This document shows positions 9,876 to 18,654 of a stretch of DNA of 64,000 bases, in pieces. Origin of the DNA: Bacteroidia bacterium (GTDB lineage: Bacteria > Bacteroidota > Bacteroidia > NS11-12g > UBA955); the NCBI GenBank assembly GCA_044341025.1, contig JBIISM010000013.1:643-64642 (forward strand), written 5' to 3'. Position 1 is the stretch's first letter; each line of letters begins with the position of its first letter. The notes beneath the pieces were generated by a model. The model did no database searches, was not told the DNA's origin, and worked only from the letters and a program-made list of their open reading frames with translations. The translations under genes and the position numbers were made by a program.

Positions 9876-9913
9876 AAAGGGTTTCAGTCGTTTTAAGATT
9901 GAAACCCTTTTTT
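9876..9913 (+). terminator. Intrinsic terminator after tRNA-Val, supplied by the island
   Basis: AAAGGGTTTCAGTC...GATTGAAACCCTTT hairpin followed by a T-run. Confidence 0.6.
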
Positions 9914-9936
9914 CATTTGCACATAATTTGCACAAA
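9914..9936 (+). repeat. Putative integrase arm-type site, left end
   Basis: CATTTGCACATAATTTGCACAAA is identical to 24502-24524; it contains tandem TTTGCACA units. Confidence 0.7.
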
Positions 9937-10074
9937 TTCCTTCCGAAAACGGCTTTATTTAATTAGGTTTGAGTTATTCTCTTTAATGAATCAAATTTTA
10001 AAATAAAGACTTAAATCTATTTTTTAAAAATTACAATTAAAAATCAATTAGGTTTGTAAACAAAATACTTAATC

Positions 10075-10581
10075 ATGAAACTTAAAAATCACTTTAACTT
10101 ACTATTGGCTATTACTTTAATGTTTTCTATTTACTCTTGTAGTGGCAATAAAAACAATAACCAAACATCAACTAATGGGCAAGACTCTGTCATAGAGAAA
10201 GAGTGTGAGGCCTATTTAATCAATACACTTGATGACCCAAGCTCGTATCAAAGAATTTCAGTTAGTTTAGTTGATACGATTTATAAACTTCAAGACTTAG
10301 AAGATAACTTAGATATTTATTATCGGGAGGCTTACCAAATTGAAAAAGATTTGTCGCCGAAATCAGAAATCTTGGAAAAACAAAATAAAAGAGATTCAGT
10401 CTTAAAATTAATTGAATCAATAAAAGCAAACCCAGCCCGAAATGAAATATTGCACTATGTATACACATTAAGATACAGGGCAAAAAATAAAATGGGGGCA
10501 TTGGTAAAAGGGGCATCTGTGATTTATTATACTCCAACTGAAAAAGAAGGTTCTAAGTTTTTTATTTATTTAAACGAATAG
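10075..10581 (+). CDS. Hypothetical lipoprotein
   Basis: Lipobox IYSC followed by an Asn/Thr-rich linker; C-terminal YRAKNKMGA motif. Confidence 0.7.
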   Translation: MKLKNHFNLLLAITLMFSIYSCSGNKNNNQTSTNGQDSVIEKECEAYLINTLDDPSSYQRISVSLVDTIYKLQDLEDNLDIYYREAYQIEKDLSPKSEILEKQNKRDSVLKLIESIKANPARNEILHYVYTLRYRAKNKMGALVKGASVIYYTPTEKEGSKFFIYLNE

Positions 10582-10629
10582 TTATTAAGCCTTATGAATA
10601 TTCGTTGACAATTTCATTTTGACCGTAAT

Positions 10630-11451
10630 TTATTTGGAATAGATTTTATTTAACTTCTCAATAATTAAATGTTTTTGCTCTGTATCTCCAATTTTGGCAT
10701 CATTTCTAACCGCAGGGACAATTATTTTGTCGTTATCTAAAAACTTTAAACCAATCCCATAGTACTGACACATTTTCATTAATCTACCTGCTCTTGCATC
10801 TGTATTAGGTTTATAACAAAAGAAAAAAACATAGTCTGAAAATAATTTATAACCGCAGCATTGCGCAAATCCAATCAATTCTGACTCGTTATCAATTTTA
10901 TGTTTGACTTCAACAGAAACAACTAAGGCATGATTGCCTTGGATATTGATTCCGATTATATCAGGATTTGAGAACTTTCCTTGTCCATAAGCAATGGCAC
11001 CACCATTAACCATGTAACGAAAATTGACACCATCCAATGAGTAATTGTTTAACCATTCTTTTACTTCTGGATATAAATCCTTTTCAAGAATTTTTTCCTG
11101 ATGTATCTCAGCTAATAATTCCTTCTCTTGAGTTTTTAATATTTTTTTTGGTTTCAGATTTGGTGTTGAATTTGAGATTTCAAACCAATAATGCTTTATA
11201 CCCTTAATTGCTTTGCATTTGATTTTATCAGCCTCATACTTTCTCAAACTATTAACTGTCCGCAAAATACTATTTCGGTGAATGCCTTTTCCTCGTCTTC
11301 TCCCTATGTTTATTTCAGTAAAAATTTCGGTGACTGTTTTTGCATTATTCCGATTTAATTTGACCAAAAACTCTGCAATTGTTTCAGCGCCATCTGAGAG
11401 GAGTGCAATACTTCTAAACTCAATATTACCAATAAGTACTTTTTTTACCAT
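10630..11451 (-). CDS. N-terminal HTH-like domain plus PD-(D/E)xK endonuclease (HrgA/COG2958-like)
   Basis: EKDLYPEVKEWL...NPDIIG...SVEVK...GFAQ pattern of a restriction-endonuclease fold; basic helical N-terminus. Confidence 0.6.
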   Translation of the reverse strand: MVKKVLIGNIEFRSIALLSDGAETIAEFLVKLNRNNAKTVTEIFTEINIGRRRGKGIHRNSILRTVNSLRKYEADKIKCKAIKGIKHYWFEISNSTPNLKPKKILKTQEKELLAEIHQEKILEKDLYPEVKEWLNNYSLDGVNFRYMVNGGAIAYGQGKFSNPDIIGINIQGNHALVVSVEVKHKIDNESELIGFAQCCGYKLFSDYVFFFCYKPNTDARAGRLMKMCQYYGIGLKFLDNDKIIVPAVRNDAKIGDTEQKHLIIEKLNKIYSK

Positions 11452-11472
11452 ATTTGTTTATGAAATTTAGAA

Positions 11473-12492
11473 CTATATGATATAAAGTTGTGCTGAATCA
11501 ACTAATTGCCTCTTAATAGCAACAATACTATCAATACTTGTGACTTCGATTTTTTGCCCACCATTAATTTCTATAAAGTGCTTGTTTTTAGCACTGGTAA
11601 TTTTACATATTGTTTTCTTGTTATTGTCATCAACCAAAATGTTGAAACTGTTCTTTTGGTCTCGATAAGATATTCTTGAAGAATCGAACTTCTTCAAAGA
11701 ATTTATTAATAATGTCTTTACTGTGTGGTAAATTTTCAATTCTTCAGCTGTAGTAATAACAATACTTCCATTTTTAGATTCTTCTTCAATGACTTTAGGC
11801 AATGCATTTTGAATAGCATTAGAATTGATTAGATTTTTAATTTTGGTTTTAATTGTATCTGTCATTCTTTGCCCTTCCATCCTCGAGAAAATTGCTTTAA
11901 TAAATCCTTCTGAGGGGTCTGAAAGTTCTGAAGCCAATGCATCTGCAAATCCTTCTAAGAAATAAAAAACTTGGGCCTCTTCATAAAGCTCTTTTAAATC
12001 AATGTTATTCTTGTGTAATTTTGATAAGTTATCTAACAAATCATCATTAATTTCTTTAAAATCTAAAACTAAAAAAGGAACTTCATACAATTTCATCTCT
12101 TTCTTAGCTTCGTTAGGAAAATAAATTCTCCATTCTAAACCATTTGTTAAAATTCCAAATTTTGAATTTTGGGTATTAATAAAATAATTATTTAACTGAG
12201 AGGCTTCTTTATCGGTTAACTTCTTCCCATGTGTTTTGCATTCTACTATAACCTCAGGTATTTTACCTTTTACAATCAAACCTATGTCAGCTTTATCATT
12301 TTTCTTACCCCATCCAGCATTAATTTCAGTTGCCTGATCATCGATACGACTATATCCTAGTATTTCTAAAATTGGTTCAATCACAACATGACGAGTTTGT
12401 GCTTCATTAGTGCATCGTTCATCTAATCTAGATAAGTCAAACTTCGACATAGACTTCTTTATTGCATTTACGATTTGTTTGTTAACTGGCAT
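11473..12492 (-). CDS. HsdR N-terminal-domain (PD-(D/E)xK) endonuclease-like protein (COG4748-like)
   Basis: NEAQTRHVVIEPILEILGY...KADIGL...IVECK...QLNNYF...GILTNGLEWR; no helicase motifs follow. Confidence 0.8.
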   Translation of the reverse strand: MPVNKQIVNAIKKSMSKFDLSRLDERCTNEAQTRHVVIEPILEILGYSRIDDQATEINAGWGKKNDKADIGLIVKGKIPEVIVECKTHGKKLTDKEASQLNNYFINTQNSKFGILTNGLEWRIYFPNEAKKEMKLYEVPFLVLDFKEINDDLLDNLSKLHKNNIDLKELYEEAQVFYFLEGFADALASELSDPSEGFIKAIFSRMEGQRMTDTIKTKIKNLINSNAIQNALPKVIEEESKNGSIVITTAEELKIYHTVKTLLINSLKKFDSSRISYRDQKNSFNILVDDNNKKTICKITSAKNKHFIEINGGQKIEVTSIDSIVAIKRQLVDSAQLYII

Positions 12493-12627
12493 ATGATTCT
12501 ATTTTGGGGTAAAGGTATTTATTTTTATATCATTTTTTAAATTAAAATTTAGATGTTAACAGATGAAATATCCGCTAATTCATTAAATCACAACAAAGTG
12601 CTGTTTTTTGGATGATAAGAATTACTT

Positions 12628-13716
12628 TTGAAACTATTACTTACGTCTATTAGGTTTTTAAATTTATTATTAATGAATAAAATACTTCACACTTATTTTT
12701 TTGGCTATCTTTCATATCGGTACAGGAGACTTATAAGGTCATTATCAATTATTTTACTTGTTTTCACAATTATTATTGTCTTAATTAATATTTATCAACT
12801 TCATAACGATAAACAAATTAATTTTATTTACGAGAGATATGTCTCAACAGAATATGCTTCTCAAGACTTTTATACAACTTCTATTGGGAATGAGCGCACA
12901 AAATCATATTTAGTCAATAAATATGGTGATGAAGGATTTCAAAACCAAATAGATAATGGAATACTAACAAAGATGCAAAGTTGCATAAGACCAGACAAGG
13001 AATTTACTAAAAATGAATTTATAAATTCCTTGCCAACAAACAATGCACTTGGTTGCATTGCCTTTGCGATTGGGAAACAAGAAAATATGGAAGGAATTAA
13101 CAATTACAGAAATGCAGATGATTTTATATTAAAAGGTTTAAAAATTCGTTATTTTAATACGCCCTTTCCATTGGTACTATCAATCTTTATATATTGCATT
13201 TTAATTTGTGTGATTAGTTATTTGATAGAACCTTTTATACTTGAGAAAAGAAATAAAGTAGATGATTTAGGTTCAATCAAAAACAGTGAAAGTGCTTACA
13301 ATGAACCCAAAAATTTCTTTAAAAATATTATAATTAAAAATGATAACGTAAAGTTTGCTCAAGCTAGGTTTGACGAAAAAGGACCTAAAAAGAAATCAAG
13401 ATTTGATAATTATTTTACCTTCAATAATGAATACTTGAGCGGGACAAATTTCTGGATTAGGATGTTTGTAGGATGGTTAACGCTTGTAATATTCGGATTA
13501 GGGTTCTATATAATGCTAACAACAACCTACAAAAGGGCACAATCATTAGGCCTTAGTAAAGTCTTAGCAATAACATCTTGCATATATATTCCCATTATGA
13601 ATATTTTAACATTTTTGCTAATAAGAACTGATGATTCTGAAGTGAATTTATTAAAAGCAGTTATACTTGGTATTCCTTTTGCGTATTTTTATTTTAAAAA
13701 TGGCAAAAAAAAGTAA
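12628..13716 (+). CDS. Membrane protein with DUF805-like C-terminal TM domain (paralog 1; start may be 12673)
   Basis: TM - soluble loop - TM - linker, then YFTFNNEYLSGTNFWIR...YKRAQSLG with further TM helices. Confidence 0.65.
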   Translation: MKLLLTSIRFLNLLLMNKILHTYFFGYLSYRYRRLIRSLSIILLVFTIIIVLINIYQLHNDKQINFIYERYVSTEYASQDFYTTSIGNERTKSYLVNKYGDEGFQNQIDNGILTKMQSCIRPDKEFTKNEFINSLPTNNALGCIAFAIGKQENMEGINNYRNADDFILKGLKIRYFNTPFPLVLSIFIYCILICVISYLIEPFILEKRNKVDDLGSIKNSESAYNEPKNFFKNIIIKNDNVKFAQARFDEKGPKKKSRFDNYFTFNNEYLSGTNFWIRMFVGWLTLVIFGLGFYIMLTTTYKRAQSLGLSKVLAITSCIYIPIMNILTFLLIRTDDSEVNLLKAVILGIPFAYFYFKNGKKK

Positions 13717-13778
13717 GTCTTTTTTAAATATAAAACAGCTGATAAATTAATTAAATTCAATAGTAAATTAACTTAACT

Positions 13779-14894
13779 TTGATTATGAAATGGTTTAAAA
13801 TAGGAGAGTATTTTAATGGGATTAAATTCTTGAAAATAAACAACATTAGAAAGAAAATCGCATTTGAAATAATTATATTAATATTCACATCTCTAGTTTG
13901 CTCACTTATTTATTTGATTGGAGACTACTCAGAACATAAAAAAATAGCAAATCATGAAAGTAAGGTAGAAACAATAAAAATAGAAATTGATTCCTTAAAA
14001 AGTTATTATTATTTCAGGCGTGTATACTCTTGGTTAGATCAAAATGGCCATATAAGTGATTATACATATAATTCATTTAAGAAAAATATTCTCAAGGACA
14101 ATGATTCCTCATTTAGAAAAGATATTTATTATATAATATGCAGATCGGATCCAAGTTATAAAAATGAGTTTACATTTGAAGACTTTATCAATACATTGGA
14201 GGTCGATTCAATTGAACAAATAGATGAAGTCGATGAGCAGATTATAGCATTAGAAAAACAAAGTGAATTTCTTAATCAACATCCAACTGAATATAATGAC
14301 AGCTATGAATACCTAATTGGTATAATATTTTTCATTTGCTACCCTTTGCGATTTATTTATTATTTATTGAAATGGGCTTTCAAAACTCTAAAAGAGGAAG
14401 AAACAGCATCTAATACAAACCCAATAAAAAACAATACCCTTCTAATTGATGAATGCAAATCAATAGATGAAAAACCAAACAATTTAAGCAGCTATAAAAA
14501 AGAAATATCGCCATCAAAAAGTCGCCAGCACAAAATGGAGAAAAAAGGATATAAAATTAGACTAAAAAAATATTTTACTAATAGCGACGAATATATTAAC
14601 GGAAATCAGTTCTGGATGAGATCGTTCCTGGGCGCTATCACAATCCCTCTGTTTGGATTGGGCTTGTATTTAATATTTTTAGCAGCTTATAAAAGATGCA
14701 AGTCAGTTGGATTTGACAAAACCGTATCAAAAATATGCTCACATCTTTTAGTGCTAGTAAGCATAATTTCACCTTTTCTTCCATTGGTTTTACCTAAGAT
14801 ATATAATTACTCCTTTGAGGAAGTGTTATTCGTTGAGTTTTTACTTAGTTTACCTTTTGTCTATTTACACTTAACAAATGGTGCGAGAAAGTAA
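13779..14894 (+). CDS. Membrane protein with DUF805-like C-terminal TM domain (paralog 2)
   Basis: Same topology as paralog 1; YFTNSDEYINGNQFWMR...YKRCKSVG. Confidence 0.65.
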   Translation: MIMKWFKIGEYFNGIKFLKINNIRKKIAFEIIILIFTSLVCSLIYLIGDYSEHKKIANHESKVETIKIEIDSLKSYYYFRRVYSWLDQNGHISDYTYNSFKKNILKDNDSSFRKDIYYIICRSDPSYKNEFTFEDFINTLEVDSIEQIDEVDEQIIALEKQSEFLNQHPTEYNDSYEYLIGIIFFICYPLRFIYYLLKWAFKTLKEEETASNTNPIKNNTLLIDECKSIDEKPNNLSSYKKEISPSKSRQHKMEKKGYKIRLKKYFTNSDEYINGNQFWMRSFLGAITIPLFGLGLYLIFLAAYKRCKSVGFDKTVSKICSHLLVLVSIISPFLPLVLPKIYNYSFEEVLFVEFLLSLPFVYLHLTNGARK

Positions 14895-14979
14895 TTAAAT
14901 TGGATATCACCTAAAAGTTTTATGTTTGGAGAAATATTTTCAACTTGAATGCGATAGCTAAGACAATAAAAAATAGATA

Positions 14980-16311
14980 ATGCCAGGAAGATTAACCACA
15001 AGGGGCTTTTTAGAAAGAGCAAAATTAGTTCATGGAGATAAGTACGATTATAGTAAAATAACTTATTTGTTTGAATCGGATAAGATTACTATTTTCTGCA
15101 TAAAACATCAAATAGATTTTCAGCAATCCGTTCAAAAACATTTAGCTGGGCAAGGTTGTAGAAAATGCTTTTCTGAAGCAAACGGAGATAGATGTCGAAC
15201 CAGTGTGGTTGAATTTGTTAAGAAAGCAAAAGCTATTCATGGAGACAAATACAACTATGATGGAATAGATTATAAAAACAACAACACAAACATAAAGATT
15301 AATTGCCCATTACATGGCGATTTTTTCCAAACACCCGGTAATCATACGCACAAGACTAATCCGCAAGGTTGTTCTGAATGCAGCGGCAGAACAAATTGGA
15401 CTCAGGAAAAGTTTATTAGTAAGGCAAGAGAAGTTCATGAAGGTCAATACAATTATGACAAGGTTAAATTTATTAATACTACCCAAAAAGTTAATATTCA
15501 TTGCCCTAAACATGGTATTTTTCCACAAACACCCAGCAAGCATCTAAGTGGACAGAAATGCCCAAAATGTGCTAGTAATTTTAGAGGGACGACTGAAAGT
15601 TTTATTGCAAAAGCAATAGAAATTCATGGAGAAAAATATTCATATGATAATACAAAATATATCAGTAATCATGAAAATGTATTTATAACCTGCCCAATTC
15701 ATGGAGATTTCGAGCAATCACCAGCAAATCATACACATAAGTCAAATCCCCAAGGCTGCCGAAAGTGTGCTGGACGCTATCCATTAAACACTTCTGAATT
15801 TATATTAAGAGCCAATGAGAAACACGATTATTATTATGACTACAGTAAAGTTGTATATGAAAGTATGACCTCAAAAGTTATAATACTTTGTCCTTTTCAT
15901 GGCGAATTTAATCAACAATCAAGCGTTCATTTGCAAGGTAGTGGTTGTCAAAAATGCAGGTTGCCAAAGGGAGAACAGAAGATCCAAAAAGCCCTAAAAG
16001 AATTTGATGTACAATTTGAACAACAATATTCTTTTCCAGATTGTAGAAATAAAAATCCTTTGCCTTTTGACTTCTTAGTCAGAATTGGAGAAAACCGGTT
16101 TTTAATTGAATTTAATGGAGAACAACACTATCGGCCTGTTAAATTTGGTGGGGGAGATGATAAAGGTGCTGATGAAACATTTGAAGAAGTAAAAAGGAGA
16201 GATGCAATTAAGTTGGAATATGCTAAGAAAAATAGAATCCCCTTATTGATAATAAAACAAGATGAAGCTAACAAGATTTCAGAGATTATTAAAGGTTTTT
16301 TAAACTTATAA
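14980..16311 (+). CDS. Five Cys/His (Zn-binding, DUF723-like) repeats plus a C-terminal PD-(D/E)xK/Vsr-like nuclease
   Basis: Five repeats of about 60 aa: F..KA...HG.KY.Y...I.CP.HG.F.Q.P..H...GC..C; C-terminal PFDF...IEFNGEQHY...RDAIK. Confidence 0.8.
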   Translation: MPGRLTTRGFLERAKLVHGDKYDYSKITYLFESDKITIFCIKHQIDFQQSVQKHLAGQGCRKCFSEANGDRCRTSVVEFVKKAKAIHGDKYNYDGIDYKNNNTNIKINCPLHGDFFQTPGNHTHKTNPQGCSECSGRTNWTQEKFISKAREVHEGQYNYDKVKFINTTQKVNIHCPKHGIFPQTPSKHLSGQKCPKCASNFRGTTESFIAKAIEIHGEKYSYDNTKYISNHENVFITCPIHGDFEQSPANHTHKSNPQGCRKCAGRYPLNTSEFILRANEKHDYYYDYSKVVYESMTSKVIILCPFHGEFNQQSSVHLQGSGCQKCRLPKGEQKIQKALKEFDVQFEQQYSFPDCRNKNPLPFDFLVRIGENRFLIEFNGEQHYRPVKFGGGDDKGADETFEEVKRRDAIKLEYAKKNRIPLLIIKQDEANKISEIIKGFLNL

Positions 16312-16394
16312 TGGAGTAAAATAAATCAAAGCATAAAGCAGAACCTTTTTGATATAATTGGGTTCGTGCAAGTTACTTACCGTTATTTGTTAAA

Positions 16395-16634
16395 TTAAAT
16401 ATCTATAAAAAGTGGCTTTTCAGTATTGCCCCCCCATTTCAGCAAATGGGAATTAAGAACAGTTGCCATCTCTAAGGTGTTATCATAATCATTTAAAAAT
16501 ATACCTATGAAGGGGTTGCAGGATTGAACAACTATTAAATATTGGGCTGGGGTTAATATATTGCTTTCCCCCAATTTAATAAGTTCTTTAATGCTGTTTA
16601 CTTTTAGTTTAGTTTCTTTGTTTTCCATTATCAT
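16395..16634 (-). CDS. Small hypothetical protein, paralog of 20794-21045
   Basis: First 50 aa identical to those of the 20794-21045 product. Confidence 0.6.
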   Translation of the reverse strand: MIMENKETKLKVNSIKELIKLGESNILTPAQYLIVVQSCNPFIGIFLNDYDNTLEMATVLNSHLLKWGGNTEKPLFIDI

Positions 16635-16890
16635 AAAGGGTTTATATCGTCTGAATATTTAACAATTACTTCAATCGGCTTAAATTGTTCTTTATCTTCA
16701 ATTGTGTTCCTGTCTGTCATTCCTAATTTGTTTTTAGCATAGAATATACCTTTGCCCTCATTTGCGACAATATCAATCGAAAGTGCATCAAATATACCCT
16801 CAATGTTTTTTATAGTGTGCATCACGGTTTCGTCTTCACTTCTTAACCAGTTGTAATAAGTAGACCTGCACAATGTCGGCTTTTCTTTTA
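16631..16890 (-). pseudogene. 3' half of a small-terminase gene (sister copy of 21042-21524)
   Basis: Near-identical DNA to about 21042-21301; homology ends abruptly at 16890. Confidence 0.75.
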
Positions 16891-17580
16891 CAATGGGTGA
16901 ACGGCTGGGGGTGGCTCGGTGGCTTCAGGTACAGGCAGGGCAAACTCTTTGTAATCGAATTTTATTAAATAGTCGGCAAGGTCAAACCCTTGTTTCTTTT
17001 CGGCTTCGGTTGCTTTTCGTTCCAATAAATCGGAAACGGTAAAATTCGCAAGGTGTGAAAGTTCCTTTGCCTTGCTGCTCCATTTATCAAACCCGTTGAG
17101 GTCGGGAAATAGTATAACCGTTCGCCCTTTTAATACGCCACACTTTTCAGCGTTCAGGTTGGTAAGGCTGCCAACTGCAACCCAAATAAATTGGGGTAAA
17201 TAAACGCTGGCAATTATAGCCGTTTTTTCGCTTTCAACTATTGCAACGGGTTTTGTTTTATCATTTAACAAGTGTTCCCCAAACAAACATTGCCTTAACT
17301 CAAATTCAGGCTGTTTAAGGGCTTTATGCACCCAGTACACAGGTATTTCAAGGTTCTTAACTCTTTTGCCTGTGGTGGGGCTGTAAAGTATAATTTTACC
17401 CGTTCTTACTTTGCCCTGTTTATCTATTTGCCAAAATACCGTTGCCCCGTTCAAATGTTTTGAGGTGGCAATAAAATAACGGCTTAGCAGTTGGCTGGCA
17501 ACCTCAACCCCGAACAGGTTAATAAGGAACTGTATAAAATAGTTTGTTTCGTGTGCTTTTAGGCTGGCTTTAAATACCTC
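16888..17580 (-). pseudogene. C-terminal part of a DUF6371/PG0870-like toprim primase-type protein
   Basis: ATVFWQID...RTGKI, QCLFGEHLL, VAIVESEKTA, LFPD and DLADYL motifs. The first ~26 aa of the predicted ORF are antisense to another fragment. Confidence 0.7.
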
Positions 17581-17859
17581 AAACAAATTAAACAACGGAA
17601 TACCGAACAAATTTACGATGCTGAAAATGTTTGTGTTTGTCAAATTGATAAGCCTCATAATTTCTTACTATTTGAGTTTGTTAATTATGGCAAGGAATGG
17701 GAACACCTGAAACAGCATACCGAAAAGGATAAAGATAATCTGAACGAAAAGGTAAGCGAACTAAAGCAAAAAGGGCGAAGCCTTCGGGAAATAGGGGCTG
17801 AACTGGGTATTTCTCACACTAAAGCAGGTAGAATTTTAAAGGACTGTAACGCACTGTAA
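17575..17859 (+). pseudogene. 3' end of an AAA-ATPase/HTH gene of a Bacteroidota integrative element
   Basis: Frame YLKQIKQRNTEQIYD...GKEWEHLKQ...KGRSLREIGAELGISHTKAGRILK-stop, with a terminal HTH and no start. Confidence 0.6.
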
Positions 17860-17899
17860 CAACTGTAACACCCTGTTACAAGTGTTACACCTGTTACAC
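17843..17899. repeat. Three CTGTAAC repeats followed by three inverted TGTTACA repeats (iteron-like)
   Basis: ACTGTAAC at about 17843, 17853 and 17862; TGTTACA at about 17874, 17884 and 17892. Confidence 0.7.
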
Positions 17900-17914
17900 T
17901 AAAAAGGTAAATAA

Positions 17915-18178
17915 ATGAATGAACATAAATACATATTAGAACCATACAAAGGAATGAATACCCGTTACCGTTGCCCCAGTTGTCAGCAAAGGGATAAAAC
18001 CTTTTCGCTTTATATTGATAGGGAAACAGGCGAGCACATAAACTCCACCGTTGGCAGGTGCAACCGTGAGAGTAATTGCGGGCACCATTACACCCCGAAA
18101 CAATATTTTAAGGATAACGATATTTCATTTGATACACCCAAAGTATACAAGCCCCGAACTGCTCCAATCATACAAAAA
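17915..18178 (+). pseudogene. N-terminal Zn-binding part of a DUF6371/PG0870-like protein (ORF reads on to 18268 through unrelated DNA)
   Basis: YILEPYKG...CPSCQQ...FSLYID...VGRCNRESNCGHHYTPKQYF. Confidence 0.65.
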
Positions 18179-18203
18179 GTCGGGTGTTCTTTTTTGTTAT
18201 ACT

Positions 18204-18245
18204 GCAATACTCGCAAATTCGTTGTACCTCAATTTTTGAACTCAT
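18204..18245 (-). pseudogene. First 14 codons of a Zn-ribbon/HTH excisionase-type gene
   Basis: Reads MSSKIEVQRICEYC, which resembles the N-termini of Bacteroidota integrative-element HTH proteins (recalled, not searched). Confidence 0.4.
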
Positions 18246-18300
18246 TTTATATCTTTAAATATCTTTAAAGTGCAAAATAAAAAGGGATTAACCCTGTTTT

Positions 18301-18540
18301 TTGTACCTCGACTGCCTTAAGGTACAACGAAGGTACAAATATTCCATAAATAAACAACTATTACAGCAAAATAACCATATATTTGAAAGCATTAAAAAAG
18401 CCCTGAATTATAGGGCTTTATATAGGTTTTATATTGGTTTTGTGGGTGTTTCTTTTGGGGTAATTACTTTCCAATTCAGAAAGTAATAAATACTGATTTT
18501 TAGTTAGTTATAATTACGAGGTACAAATAGGGTACAAAAA
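18301..18540. other. Orphan att-like site: core inverted repeat with arm-type repeats on both sides
   Basis: ATTACTTTC-7 nt-GAAAGTAAT at 18463-18487; (G/A)GGTACAA repeats at 18301 (inverted), 18320, 18331, 18519 and 18530. Confidence 0.5.
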
Positions 18541-18654
18541 AACCCCTTTCTGAAATCATATCTCTGTTGTGAATTGGTTTTATTTTCTATCTTTGACATA
18601 GTTGAGCATTAATTTATTTGGAAAACAATATAAAACAGTAAATTCTTTTTATAT

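Noticed and set aside
16340-16385. GGGTTCGTGCAAGTTACTTACCG motif as a possible oriT or element-end signature
   Set aside because: Only a vague resemblance from memory; there is no relaxase and no second copy in the window to support it.
17581-17658. N-terminal 26 aa of the 256-aa ORF in the track
   Set aside because: It is the antisense reading of the AAA/HTH fragment on the + strand, so the ORF is a chimera rather than an intact gene.
18301-18486. 61-aa ORF
   Set aside because: It overlaps the att-like repeats, has no recognisable features, and is probably non-coding.
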